Positions 37,717 through 50,350 of a stretch of 64,000 nt of DNA are shown here, one piece after another. The stretch comes from Selaginella moellendorffii (taxonomy: Eukaryota; Plantae; Lycopodiophyta), in assembly GCF_000143415.4 (NCBI RefSeq), contig NW_003314309.1, positions 1,177,199 through 1,241,198 of the forward strand, in the 5' to 3' direction. Below the pieces are notes generated by a model. It made no database searches. It saw nothing but the letters and a program-made list of their open reading frames with translations, and was not told the DNA's origin. Position numbers and translations under genes: made by a program. Within the stretch, counting starts at the first letter, position 1. The number at the start of each line of letters is the position of its first letter.

Positions 37717-38841
37717 TCAATCAGTCGGAGCATCAGCCTCAAAGGCCGCTTGGAGAGAAGCTTGCACTGCTGGATAGACGAACACCAGAATGTTCTCCAT
37801 TTTGGTCCAGAACTCGTTGGGCATCAGCTCCAGCACTGTGTCCACGACCACCTCCTCCGAATCCACCACTTGATGCATACCAGCATGCAAACGCCACGGG
37901 ATCGATCTGGCATACTCGAGCCCCACGGTGAGCCCTGCATCGTTTAACAATGCCACGACTCTGAAAGACATAACAGTCACATGTAAGTATTAGTTGACAG
38001 AAGAAAAAAAGAAAAAGAAAAAGAAAAACTTACCCTGGAATGTTGAAAAACGCATTCCAATTTATTTTTCCATCGGCTGCGAGTGGGATCTCCACATCTG
38101 CTTCTCTCGCAAGCCTCACGCATTTCTCCCGAGCGGCCTCCCAGAGCTTTCGCAGAAGTACTCGCTCGACCATGTGCAATGCAGATAACCTCTGCTGCAA
38201 TGCTGAGAGTTGACGGCCTTGGGCTGAAAGCTGACGACTCTGGTCTGTAAGTTCTTCCTTCAGCTTCGAAGTTTCCTCCTCCAGTTGCTCCTCGAGCTTT
38301 GCCACTCTCTCCGTGAGTTTAGTATTCTCCTCCTTAAGGCTCTCCCCTGAGTCCTTCTGCAGCTCCTGGATTTTCTCAGCTTGCTCTTTGTTCACCTTCA
38401 TAAGCTTGTCCTTTGTGTTCTTGATCTCTTCTTTCTGGTTGGTGACTTGCAGGATCAACTTGGAGTTCAGATCTTTGAGTCTCATGTTTGCGCCCTCCAG
38501 TCCCTGGTCTGGCTTGGGAACAACCCTGATGTAGTTCTGTCTGGCCCATGCCTCAGGCTTCAGCCTCGAGTTCTTGTAGCTAGGATCACTGATTTTGGCC
38601 TCCAGATCTTCCTTCCGCAGGTTGAAACGTTTCGCTGCCGCATCCACCGCAAAACCAAAAGCGCCATCCAGAGATTTCTTCCAGTCACCCGCTGGAAGAG
38701 GCCATGCAGACAGAGTGCACTCCACGTAAAGAATCGGGACGGACGGACGATTCTCTCCAGGCGCAATATAGTTCCCTGCAAAAAAAAAGGAGGATTCCAG
38801 GACAAAGAGCTACCACAAAGTGACTTACCGCTGCTGCTCAT
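37717..38841 (-). CDS. Orphan coiled-coil protein, copy 1 (3 exons)
   Basis: ATG AGC AGC AGC G|gt...ag|GNYIAPGENRP...long heptad region...INWNAFFNIPG|VVALLNDAG...DAPTD*. Canonical splice sites, no stops. Confidence 0.75.
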
Positions 38842-38989
38842 CGCTCCTTTCGTCAAGAACCCTAAACGACTGAGATTAATTTTCATCTAACTGCTGTTGT
38901 CAATTTAGATTAATTTTAATACACTACCAAAATCACTTTTGTTAAAACTGAATTAATATCAATTATTATTAAACGTTACTAATTGAGTC

Positions 38990-40435
38990 TCTATGTAATT
39001 GAAACCGCCAAGAGACTTTGTCGAGAAGGGGAACTCTTTTAACTGCGAGAATGGTTTTAAATTGATAGAAATATGAAAAATTTGTATGTTGCCGTAGTAA
39101 GCCATCTTCTCCGCATCAAAACTGCTCATGAACAGCGTTGATAAATTCTTTTGCAGGCTTCCTGTCTCCAAAAATAAAAAGCTCACAAAACAATTTACAA
39201 ATTACGTAGTCTCTAACCTGCAACCATAGGTGAGAATTTGCCGACCAATGTCCTCATTCACGACCACCTATAAGAAAATATATAGTTCATCTATGTAGAA
39301 CATTTTACTGCTTTTACTTCTGTGTACAATGACTCCGGCTCGTTTGGGATCCACGCATCTTCTGTGAGTAGCTCTTGAGTAATATTTGTCTCAAACGCAT
39401 GTTCTTGTGCTGTTTATCTAGGAGCACAAGTTTGTAGACGGACTGGTAGATGTTATAGAAGACGAGCTTATTTCTGTGGCAGAACCTGGAGAAGGTACTC
39501 AACTTGAAACTCTCTTTTTTCACTTCTCTATGAACGTTCTTTCCATTGTAGTCGACGAAGAATGCAACCATTTCACTTGTTTGATGAATCTCGAGTCTCA
39601 GGTTCGTGATTTCTCGTTTCTCTATGCCTTGGGATGGACAGTGAGAACGGGAGTATCTGGACGTCAGTGCCAAACTAAGTAAGAACACAAAATCCAAACC
39701 ACGATTCATACATACACAATCTGGAATGGATGCCCTTGCCCAGGCTCCGGTTGAAAACGAGCCAACTAAAACGGAAACAAGAAAAAAGAAACACAAAGTT
39801 TGAGCATAAACATTTTCTTCCAGCAAACTTGAGAAAGAAGGGGAAGCTTTACCTATAACACAGTTGCCGCAACAGCATCGCGTTCGTTTCTCCACCCACC
39901 AGGGATTTCAAAAGCGATGGAAACCCACGTAGTCTGCTTAAAAATGAAAGAGTTAAATGCATTTAGACTTCCAACAAAGAGAAAACGCAAAAAGGAAAGA
40001 AAGGAAAAACTCTTACATCACTCTCGCTTGAAGGCGCCACTGGCCACTAACATACTCGGACTTCACAGGCTCTGGAGGTGCCATTTCTTTCTCTTTTTTT
40101 CTTTTTCTTCTTACGGGGTTGATTGGATCCACAGGCTGACATCTTGGTGGCAAGCGAGTCCTCGTTGGAAAAAACTGACTTGCGTGCTCTTCCTACTTTC
40201 GTTATTCTTGTATTTTTTCTAACAGCAGGGAGATTTTGCAGGCAAACTAAACAGCTTCACGGATGGTTTTCGCTGGGTCTGGCGCCAAGCACGTTCTCGC
40301 TGGTGAAACCGTTGTTAGAGGACATGCCTCTGGTACCTGTTCTTTGATTTCCCACTCATGGAAAGCCGGGTTCTGGATGCTATCGGCAAGAAGCTCCACA
40401 ATCTCGAAGCTTCACCCGTATAAGACATATACCAG
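38990..40435. pseudogene. Mitochondrial processing peptidase alpha subunit pseudogene A, internally inverted
   Basis: VVVNEDIGRQILTYG (-), TSVYNDSGSFGIHAS (+; inverted 39297..39626), IAFEIPGGW/ERDAVAATV (-), ELLADSIQNPAFHEWEIKEQ (-). Confidence 0.85.
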
Positions 40436-40523
40436 ATATCATTATAACATTTACATGTTACAAGAGTTACGAAATGAATTTCTATCTGATATTACTAAGA
40501 AACAAATTTTTGGAAAATGTATT

Positions 40524-40573
<50 letters not shown>

Positions 40574-40587
40574 CGTGTGCGCGCGCA
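40524..40587. repeat. Compound (GT)n(GA)n microsatellite; paralogous (GT)n at 45568..45586
   Basis: Read directly from the sequence. Confidence 0.95.
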
Positions 40588-41239
40588 TTAATATTTCTAA
40601 TATCAATTTCTTTATAAATTGTTGTATTTGTGTTTAAATTAAATCCTATGTGATATATCTTTTATCCAATATAATTTAAGTTTTATTTTACCTGTAAATC
40701 AAATAATACTAAATATATTTCAGTAAAATTTTGCTGTTCAGAATAACATGATTAAAATTGAACAACTTAAAAATATAACACAAAAAACATTGTGAACATT
40801 ATCATTGTAAATATTAAGATGGCATTGCAAATTGTAAATATTAAAATTTATCTGTATAAATATATTTATTATTAAAATAATCATATAAAATGGAATTTAA
40901 ATTTCAGCTATGTTTACAATTTGGTGAAGATCTTTTAGATATGCATTAGTAAAAATCTTACTATTTTTTATTATACTGGGGATATAGGGATTTTTCAAAT
41001 TCAAAATGCCTGATCATCTTACATCTGTAATTTGTCTTCCTGTCCATCTTTCAAACTTTCAAAACAGGTACAATCTAAATGTAAATATTATATCTTAAAT
41101 GCATTCTCTCACAAATATTGAATTATATCATTTACGTCTTATCTTATTGGTACTACATTTTTCAATAATCTAGAAACAGTTAACAATATTTGCTATCTAA
41201 CAAGTTATTTCTACTAGAGGTCTTTTATTTGACAATACT

Positions 41240-42270
41240 GAGTGAGAAAAAGGCCTAAAAGGTGCTGAGCTTACGTTTCTTTCAAAATGGCAGATATTTT
41301 ATGGCCTGTGCCTGCAAAAAATGAAGCAAGTAAGCTTTCTTTGTGTTTGATTCACGTCTTTACCAGGTCCTAATTGCAGAAATCCCGTAAAAATGCCTTG
41401 CAAAGATTCCATCCGGTGTGCTCTTGTGCACTGATGTCGCTGCTCGCGGATATACCTGGTGTCGACTGGATTGTTCAGGTAAAGTTCGCTTACGCTTCGC
41501 AGCCCAGTATGATCCTCCTCAAGATCCAAACACGTTTGTTCGCAGAGTCAGGCGTACTGCAAGAACAGGACGCATTGGACATTAGGTTGTTTTCCTCATG
41601 GAGAAAAGACTTAAAAGCATTTGTATCATATTTTCGAGCATACAAGAGCAGCACCACTGTAACTACATTTTCTGGTTTACTTCTTTGTCCTCTATTTGTA
41701 TTTAGGTGGAAGAAACTGCAGGTTGGCAAGATTGCTATGGGATTTGGCCTCTTGCAGCTACTTTTGACGCCTCCCGAGAGAGATTCCAAGTCTCAAAAGC
41801 CAAAGAAAATCGCGGGCGTTGAAGGTCCCCAGCAAAAAACAAGAAGCTCAAGAGCCATGCAGTGGAAGAAGCAATGACAAAAGCAGAAGCTCTAGTTACC
41901 ACTGTGTAAATGCTGCGAGTGGCTCCCAGTCCGTAAAAGGGCTGTGGTGCACTTAGTCAGCCATTAGCACGCAAGGAAACTCTCACCTCCTGCTATTTTC
42001 GATTGACTCATTTGCTATTTTTATTTGCTAGATGGAAGTTACTCTGTGACAGGCAAAGAAAATGAGCACGAAAATTTAGCGACAAAGAGCTTTTACGTTT
42101 ACTTTAGCTTACTCGCTTAACTTTTTGAGTATCTTCCGAAAGTAAGAACAGCAGACTTGTAAAAGAGGCTCTAGAACTCAAGAGGATGGCTACTGAAGGG
42201 AGAAAATTCGAGGGCGTTGCAAAACCTGACACGAGAAACAAAAGCTCAGTGCTTAGTAAGCTTGAAATTG
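41240..42270 (+). pseudogene. DEAD-box RNA helicase (DDX55/RH18/Spb4-like) C-terminal pseudogene fragment
   Basis: [39 protein letters not shown] (frameshifted), [15 protein letters not shown]. The 3' boundary is uncertain. Confidence 0.75.
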
Positions 42271-42278
42271 ACACACCT

Positions 42279-43566
42279 TTACTCAGTCGGAGCGTCAGCC
42301 TCAAAGGCTGCTTGGAGAGAAGCTTGCGCTGCTGGATAGACGAACACCAGAATGTTCTCCATTTTGGTCCGGAACTCGTCGAGCATCAGCTCCAGCACTG
42401 TGTCCACAAACACCTCCTCTGACTCCACCACTTGATGTACACCGGCATGCAAACGCCGCAGGATCGATCTGGCATACTCGAGCCCCACGGTGAGCCCTGC
42501 ATCGTTTAACAATGCCACGACCCTGGAAGAAATAAAAGTCACATGTAAGTACTAGTTGACAGAAGAAAGAAAGAAAAGAAAAAGAAAATCTTACCCTGGA
42601 ATGTTGAAAAACTCATTCCAATTTATTTTTCCATCGGCTGCAAGTGGGATCTCCACATCTGCTTCTCTCGCAAGCCTCACGCATTTCTCCCGAGCGGCCT
42701 TGCAGAGCTTTCGCAGAAGCACTCGCTCGAACATGCGCAATGCAGATAACCTCTGCTGCAATGCTGAGAGTTCACGGCCCTGGGCTGAAAGCTGACGACT
42801 CAGGTCTGTAAGTTCCTCCTTTAGCTTCGAAGTTTCCTCCTTCCGCTTCAAAGTTTCCTCCTTCAGCTTCTCCTCGAGCTCTGCCACTCTCTCTGTGAGT
42901 TTGGTATTCTCCTCCTTAAGGCTGACGATCTCCCTTGAGTCCTTCTGCAGCTCCTGGATTTTCTCAGCTTGCTCTTTGTTCACCTTCATAAGCTTGTCCT
43001 TTGTGTTCTTGATCTCTTCTTTCTGGTTGGTGACTTGCAGGATCAACTTGGAGTTCAGATCTTTGAGTCTCGTGTTTTCGCCCTCCAGTCCCTGGTCTGG
43101 CTTGGGAACAACCCTGATGTAGTTCTGTCTGGCCCATGCCTCAGGCGTCAGCCTCGAGTTCTTGTAGCTAGGATCACTGATTTTGGCCTCCAGATCTTCC
43201 TTCCGCAGGTTGAAACGTTTCGCTGCCGCATCCACCGCAAAACCAAAAGCGCCATCCAGAGATTTCTTCCAGTCACCCGCTGGGAGAGGCCATGCAGACA
43301 GAGTGCACTCCACGTAAAAAATCGGGACGCACGGACGATTCTCTCCAGGCGCAATGTAGTTGCCTGGAAGAAAAAAAAAACGAGGATTCCAGGACAAAGA
43401 GCTACCACAAAGCTTCTACGAGGGCAGAGGCATGAATACCCTATTCTGCTTGGCATCCAATCTCTCAGCTTCGAGGGGGAATTCCCTCTTTTCTCTGGCG
43501 AGAGATATCTTGGCAAGGGGGGCGCCAATCAATCGGGAGTGACTTACCGCTGCCGCTGCTGCTCAT
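42279..43566 (-). CDS. Orphan coiled-coil protein, copy 2 (3 exons)
   Basis: Near-identical to copy 1 with in-frame insertions (EETLKRK heptad and IV). Intact frame and splice sites. Confidence 0.75.
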
Positions 43567-43714
43567 CGCTCCACTCGCCAACCACTTCGCTAATAACCCT
43601 AAACGAATGTTGGGTCATAGGATTAATTTTCATCTAACGGCTGTTGTCAATTTAGATTAATTTTTAAACATTTGCCAAAATTACTTTTGTTCTAATTATT
43701 ATTAAAAGTTATTA

Positions 43715-45435
43715 AGTATGTTATTGAAACCGCAACTTTAGGATAACATTTCGAAACACTACAACCAAGCCTTATGAGTATTCTCCCCACCTTCCACCTT
43801 TGGATGCTCTAGCCATGTGGCTAAAGTGAGGTTCTGACGAGCCACACTAGGTAAGAAACTTTGTCAAGAAGAGCAACTCTTTTAACTGCGAGAAAGGTTT
43901 TAAATTGATAGAAATATGAAAACTTTGTGATATATATACCATCGCCACCGTAACAAGCCATCTTCTCTGCAACTTTACAAAGGTCGTCAAAAATGCTCAT
44001 GAACTGTGTTGATAAATTCTTTTGCAAGCTTCCTGTCCCCAAAAGAAAAAGCTCACAAAACAATTTACAAATTATGTTGTCTCTAACCTGCAACCATAGG
44101 TGAGAATTTGCCGATCAATGTCCTTATTCACGACCACCTATAAGAAAATATATAGTTCCTTTGTGCATAGAGAAACGAGAAATCACGAACCTGAGGCTTG
44201 AGATTCACCAAAACAAGTGAAATGGTTGCATTCTTCGTCGACTACAATGGAAAGAACGTTCATAGAGAAGTGAAAAAAGAGAGTTCCAAGTTGAGTACCT
44301 TCACCAGGTTCTGCCAGCTCTCTACCAGTCCGTCTACAAACTTGTGCTCCTAGATAAACAGCACAAGGACACGCATTTGAGACAAATATTACTTGAGAGC
44401 ACTACTCACAGAAGATGCGTGGATCCCAAACAAGCCAGAGTCATTGTACACAGAAGTAAAAGCAGTAAAATTTTCCACCTTGGGATGGACAACGAGAATG
44501 CGAGTATCTAAACGTCAGTGCCAAACTAAGTAAGAACACTAAAACCAAACCACGATTCATACATACACAATCTGGCAGTTGAAAACGAGCCGACTAAAAC
44601 GAAAATAAAAAAACACAAAGTTCGAGCATAAACATTTTCTTCCAGCAAACTTGAGAAAGAAGGGGAAGCTTTACCTGTAGCACAGTTGCTGCAACAGCAT
44701 CGCGTTCGTTTCTCCAGCCACCAAGGATTTCAAAAGCGATGGAAGCCCATGTAGTCTGCTTAAAAATGAAAGAGTTAAATCCATTTAGACTTCCAACAAA
44801 GAGAAAACGCAAAAATTAAAGAAAGGAAAAACTCTTACATCACTCTCGCCTTGAAGGGGCCACCTCTGGGGGCGCCACCAGAGGCATGTCCTCAAACAAC
44901 GGTTTCACCAGCGAGAGAAAATAGTCGTGCTTGATGCCAGACCCAGCGAAAACCATCCGTGAAGCTGTTTAGTTTGCCTACAAAATCTCCCTGCTATTAG
45001 AAAAAACACAAGAATAACGAAAGAGAAAGCTAGAAACTCGTGAAAAGCACGAGAGTCAGAGTTTATCCAAGGAGGACTCACTTGCCACCAGCACTTTGCC
45101 AAGAGGGCCATTGTAACCAGCGGGATGCAAAGCTTCCAGAAGCATTGCTTGAGTTGGCAATATCTTTAATCTCTTCTCTCAAGATTTCAGCCTGTGAATC
45201 CAATCAACCCTGTAAGAAAAAAAAAGAAAAAAAAAAGAAAGAGATACCTGTTCTTTGATTTCCCACTCATGGAAAGCCGGGTTCTGGATGCTATCAGCAA
45301 GAACAATCTCAGGAACAAAGCGCCTTATCACATCACCCATATAAGACATTTGCTCTCGTGAAAGCAGATGCAAGAATAGTACCGTCGATGGCTTCTGCTT
45401 CCTGGACAAGCCTCAAGTGCGTCCTGTTTTGCATC
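43715..45435 (-). pseudogene. MPP-alpha pseudogene B (collinear, intron-containing, 5'-truncated)
   Basis: SREQMSYMGDVIRRFVPEIVLADSIQNPAFHEWEIKEQ, LLEALHPAGYNGPLGKVL, IAFEILGGWRNERDAVAATVLQ, EDIDRQILTYG. Frameshifts present. Confidence 0.88.
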
Positions 45436-47086
45436 CTCTTAAAAACCATGTGAATAGTAGACCAAATATATTTATAATATTTACATGTTTCTAGAGTTTT
45501 TCATATAAAACGAAATGAATTTCTATATGATTATACTAAGAAATAAATTTTTGGAAAATGTATAATATGTGTGTGTGTGTGTGTGTGGAAAAATTGCTTA
45601 GAACAGCATGACAATATTTTAAATTGGGATGAAATTTCAGGCTTTATAAATATACATTACATCTCAGCACCAGAAGCTATATGGTAATTTTTCAAATTCA
45701 AAATGCATAAATATTTTTAATATTAACTTCTTTATAAATTGTTGAGCCTATTTGATATGTATTTTATTCAATATAATTTTAAAATTTAATTTTACTTGTA
45801 AATAAAATAATACTAAATTATATTTCAGTAAAATTTTGTTGTTCACACCAATATGATTAAAATTGAACAACTTAAAAATATAACACAAACATTATCATTG
45901 TAAATATGGACATAGCATCCAAAAAAACTATACTTTAAATTGAGATTATTGATAAAACTAAAAAGTATATGAAGGTGAGCAATTAAGACAATAATAAATT
46001 ACGCATGTGGTTTTAATGTATTTTTTAATTCATTTATTGAAAACATAATAAAAGTTTAACCATTATATGGTTAAGTTTTTATTCTAAAGTTTTATGAATA
46101 TAATTACATAATATATTTATCCTTCCTCAGTAATTTATATCACTTATTTGTTTTTTCAAAATTTAGGGTAACAAATAATAAAATTTGAAAATTATATTCT
46201 TCAAAACATAAACACAAAATTTATAATTAGAATTAAATTTTAATTCAATATTAAATAACACTTTTATTTTTAGAATTATCAGTGTTAAGATCTATAAATA
46301 TATTTATATATATACATGTATTACCCTACTTAGGTAATACACTAATTATAGTACAACATATGGATCATCCTAAAAAACTTTATTTTTTAGAGATAAATTG
46401 CAATGCCCCTCATCTCCACCAATGTGACTAAATGGGAATAAATATATTAATTAGGGTTAAGATCCCTACTTATATACAAATAATATTTTGTTCTAATATT
46501 CTATAAATGACTAATTTTTCCATTCTACTTTAGTCACTTAACCCACATCCAACCACTTGAAAGAGTCTCATTCACCATAAATCCTATTCTAGATTTAGGG
46601 CTTAACCTTGCACTTGGTCCAAGTGCTTTATATATTCAATCCCATGAGCACACTCAACAACTACCTACATATCAACCAATGTCCCTTTTTCCATCCCCAC
46701 CAAGTTCTGTTTCATCCATGATTGTGCTTGCCAACATTGCCACTGGGTTAAGGCCCAAAGGCCTGACCATTAAATTCCACTTACCTTTGGGACTTTCACC
46801 ATGTGAACATATCTTTGGTCACTACACCAGAAGATTTTTTTTTTTTCTTTCATAGGATTTTAGGACAATATTTTGAAACACAATAGCCCTACACAAGCTT
46901 TGTGGATACTCTCCTTACCTCCCACCTTTGGATGGGGCTAAAACAAGGTTCCTTTAAGCCATACCAAGTATCCAACTAGGTAATCCTACCTACACTTGGA
47001 TTGGGAGCATTGAACATTTAATCTTTTGGGGGAATTAAAGTTGGCTCTTGAACACTTCACTAAGTTTCCTCACTTGTTAATCTATC

Positions 47087-47553
47087 CCGAGTGCCTATTA
47101 CCTTTGTCTCAACTGTGGGCTGGCTGCTTGTATGCCATCTAGCCAATCCAAAATCTCCAACCTGTTACCATATAAGTAATCTAGAAATCATATAGTAACA
47201 ATGGTAAATATCTCACCATTGGAGCATAGTCATGTGTGAGAAGAATGTTGTGTGGCCTGAGATCTCTGTGAATTACATAGTTCCAACGCGGCATTCCTCG
47301 TGAAGATATCGCATCGCTCTGGCAGCCCCCAAAGCGATTCCCTCTCTTGCACACCATGGTAGCACCGTGTTTTTGCCTGTCACCATTGTCACATGTGTAT
47401 TTCAGTGTTTAGAAAAAGAAACGAAAAGCCAAATAAGTGATAGCCGAGTGACTTGTTGCACACAAACTCGTAAACGAGCATTCTCTTTCCATTCGACGCA
47501 AAATCCTAGCAAAGTTACCAGGTTTCGGTGCTGTGCTCCACTCAGAACCTCTG
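47087..47553 (-). pseudogene. Inverted duplicate fragment of the downstream RLCK kinase (copy of ~55380..55855, introns included)
   Basis: The reverse complement matches [19 protein letters not shown]...[18 protein letters not shown]...[10 protein letters not shown]...VIGTLG, including intron sequence. Confidence 0.9.
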
Positions 47554-48029
47554 CGTGCCAATGGCTTCAGGAGTGCATTTGTCGTTCCCATCGTCTAGAT
47601 TCTTCACAATTCGCGAGCATTCGGCTGTGCCTTAGTTTAGTTGCTCTTGAGTCCTCATGTTTTTTGTTTCTGTAGATATGGCATGCTTATTTTCTTCTTC
47701 TCTTTTTTTCTTCGTGTTGTAGCTACTGTAGGTAGAGTTACCTCGTGTTATTTATTTCTTTGTCTTGTTAGTTTCCTCACACTTTTGTACATCTCAGATT
47801 TTTTTTGTGTCTTTTCAGGAAAAACGAAATTTATCCGCTGCTGCTTGGTGGTGGTGTTAGATGTTTGTTTAGATGTTTCCAACTTGGAGAATTCATCCAT
47901 AGCCGAAGTTTTGGTTGGCACGCTGCTGGACATCATGCAGCAGTGTTCTTCTCACCTGGACTTTTCTTCCAAGAAAAGGTAGTCGCTCAACAATCTGAGA
48001 CGACTCTGGTGCCAACTTGTTGGAGTAGT

Positions 48030-50350
48030 GATGTGATAAGGAGCTTTGTTCCCGAAATTGTGGAGCTTCTTGCCAATAGCATCCAGAACCTGGCTTTCCA
48101 TGAGTGGGAAATCAAAGAATAGGTATCTCTTTCTCTTCTTTTTTCTTCTTACGGGCTTGATTGGATCCACAGGCTGACATCTTGAGAGAAGAGATTAAAG
48201 ATATTGGTGAAAGATCCTCCTCAAGGGCCCCTTGGCAAAGTGCTGGTGGCAAGCGAGTCCTCGTTGGATAAACTCTGACTCTCGTGCTTTTCACGAGTTT
48301 CTAGCTTTCTCATGTCTTCCTGCTTTCGTTATTCTTCTGTTTTTCTAACAGCAGGGAGAGATTTTGTAGGCAAACTAAACAGCTTCACGGATGGTTTTTG
48401 CTGGGTTTGGCGTCGAGCACGACTGTTTTCTCTCGCTGGTGGAACCGTTGTTTGAGGGCATGCCTCTGGTGGCGCCTCCAGAAGTGGCGCCTTCAAGGCG
48501 AGAGTGATGTAAGAGTTTTTCCTTTCTTTCATTTTTGTGTTTTCTCTTTGTTAAATGGATCTAACTCTTTCATTTTTAAGCAGACTACGTGGGTTTCCAT
48601 CGCTTTTGAAATCCCTGGTGGCTGAAGAAACGAACGCGATGCTGTTGCGGCAACTGTGTTATAGGTAAAGATTCCCTTCTTTCTCAAGTTTGCTCTATGT
48701 TATTGAAACTGCAAAGGAACTCTTTTAATTGCAAGAAAGGTTTTAAATTGATAGAAATATGAAAACTTTGTGATATACGTACCGTCGCTGTAGCAAGCCA
48801 TCTTCTCCGCAACTTTACAAAGGTCATCAAAAGTGCTCATGGACTGCGTTCATAAATTCTTTTGCAGGCTTCCTGTCCCCAAAATAAAAAGCTCACAAAA
48901 TAATTTACAAATTACGTAGTCTCTAACCTGCAACCATAGGTGAGAATTTGCCGACCAATGTCCACAACCACCTATAAGAAAATATATAGTTCATCTATGC
49001 ATAGAGACGGGAAATAAGGAACCCAAGACTCTGAGATTCACCAAAACAAGTGAAATGGTTGCATTCTTCGTCGACTACAATGGAAAGAACGTTTATAGAG
49101 AAGTGAAAAAAGAGAGTTCCAAGTTGAGTACCTTCTCCAGGTTCTGCCACAAAAATAATCTCGTCTCCTATAATATCTACCAGTCCGTCTACAAACTTGT
49201 GCTCCTAGATAAACAGCACAAGAACACGCGTATGAGACAAATATTACTCGAGAGCTACTCACAGAAGACGTGTGGATCCCAAACAAGCCGGAGTCATTGT
49301 ACGCAGTAAAATTTTCCACCTTGGGATGGACGCGAGTATCTTGACGTCACTGCCAAACTAAGTAAGAACACAAGAACCAAACCACGATTCATACATACAC
49401 AATCTGGAATGGATGCCCTTGCCCGGGCCCCCGGTTGAAAACGAGCCGTCTAAAACGAAAAAAAGAAAGAAAGAAAGAAACACAAAGTTTGAGCATAAAC
49501 ATTTTCTTCCAGAAAACTTGAGAAAGAAGAGGAAGCTTTACCTGTAACACATTTACTGCAACAGCATCGCGTTCGTTTCTCCAGCCACCAGGGTTTTCAA
49601 AAGCGATGAAAACCCACGTAGTCTGCTTAAAAATGAAAGAGTTAGATCCATTTAGACTTCCAACAGAGAGATAAAATGAAAGAAAGGAAAAACTCTTACA
49701 TCACGCCTACAAACATACAACCAACATACTCAGACTTTGCAGGCTCTGGAGGCGCCACCAGAGGCATGTCCTCAAACAACGGTTTCACCAGCGAGATTCT
49801 CGATGCCAGACCCAGCGAAAACCACCGTGAAGCTGTTAGGCAGGAAGACATGAGAAAGCTAGAAACTCATGAAGGGCACGAGAGTCGAGTTTATCCAACG
49901 AGGACTCGCTTGCCACCAGAGTTTTGCCAAGAGGGCCCTTGTAACCAGCGGGATGCAAAGCTTCCAGAAGCACTGCTTGTGAATCTTTGGCAATATCTTT
50001 AATCTCTTCTCTCAAGATGTCAGCCTGTGGATCCAATCAACTCCGTAAGAAAGAAAAAAAAAAAGAGAAAGACATACCTGTTCTTTGGTTTCCCACGCAC
50101 TCAGGAACAAGGCTGTAAATTTTTTTGTGAGCTTTTTATTTTGGGGACAGGAAGCCTGCAAAAGAATTTATGAACGCAGTCCATGAGCACTTTTGATGAC
50201 CTTTGTAAAGTTGCGGAGAAGATGGCTTGCTACGGCGACAGTACGTATATCACAAAGTTTTCATATTTCTGTCAATTTAAAACCTTTGTCGCAGTTAAAA
50301 GAGTTGCTCTTCTTGACAAAGTTTCTTCGCGGTTTCAATAACATAGAGCA
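48030..50350. pseudogene. MPP-alpha pseudogene C: inversion flanked by inverted duplications
   Basis: + strand 48030..48695, - strand 48696..50095, + strand 50120..50350. 48790..48900 is the reverse complement of 50122..50233. Confidence 0.85.
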
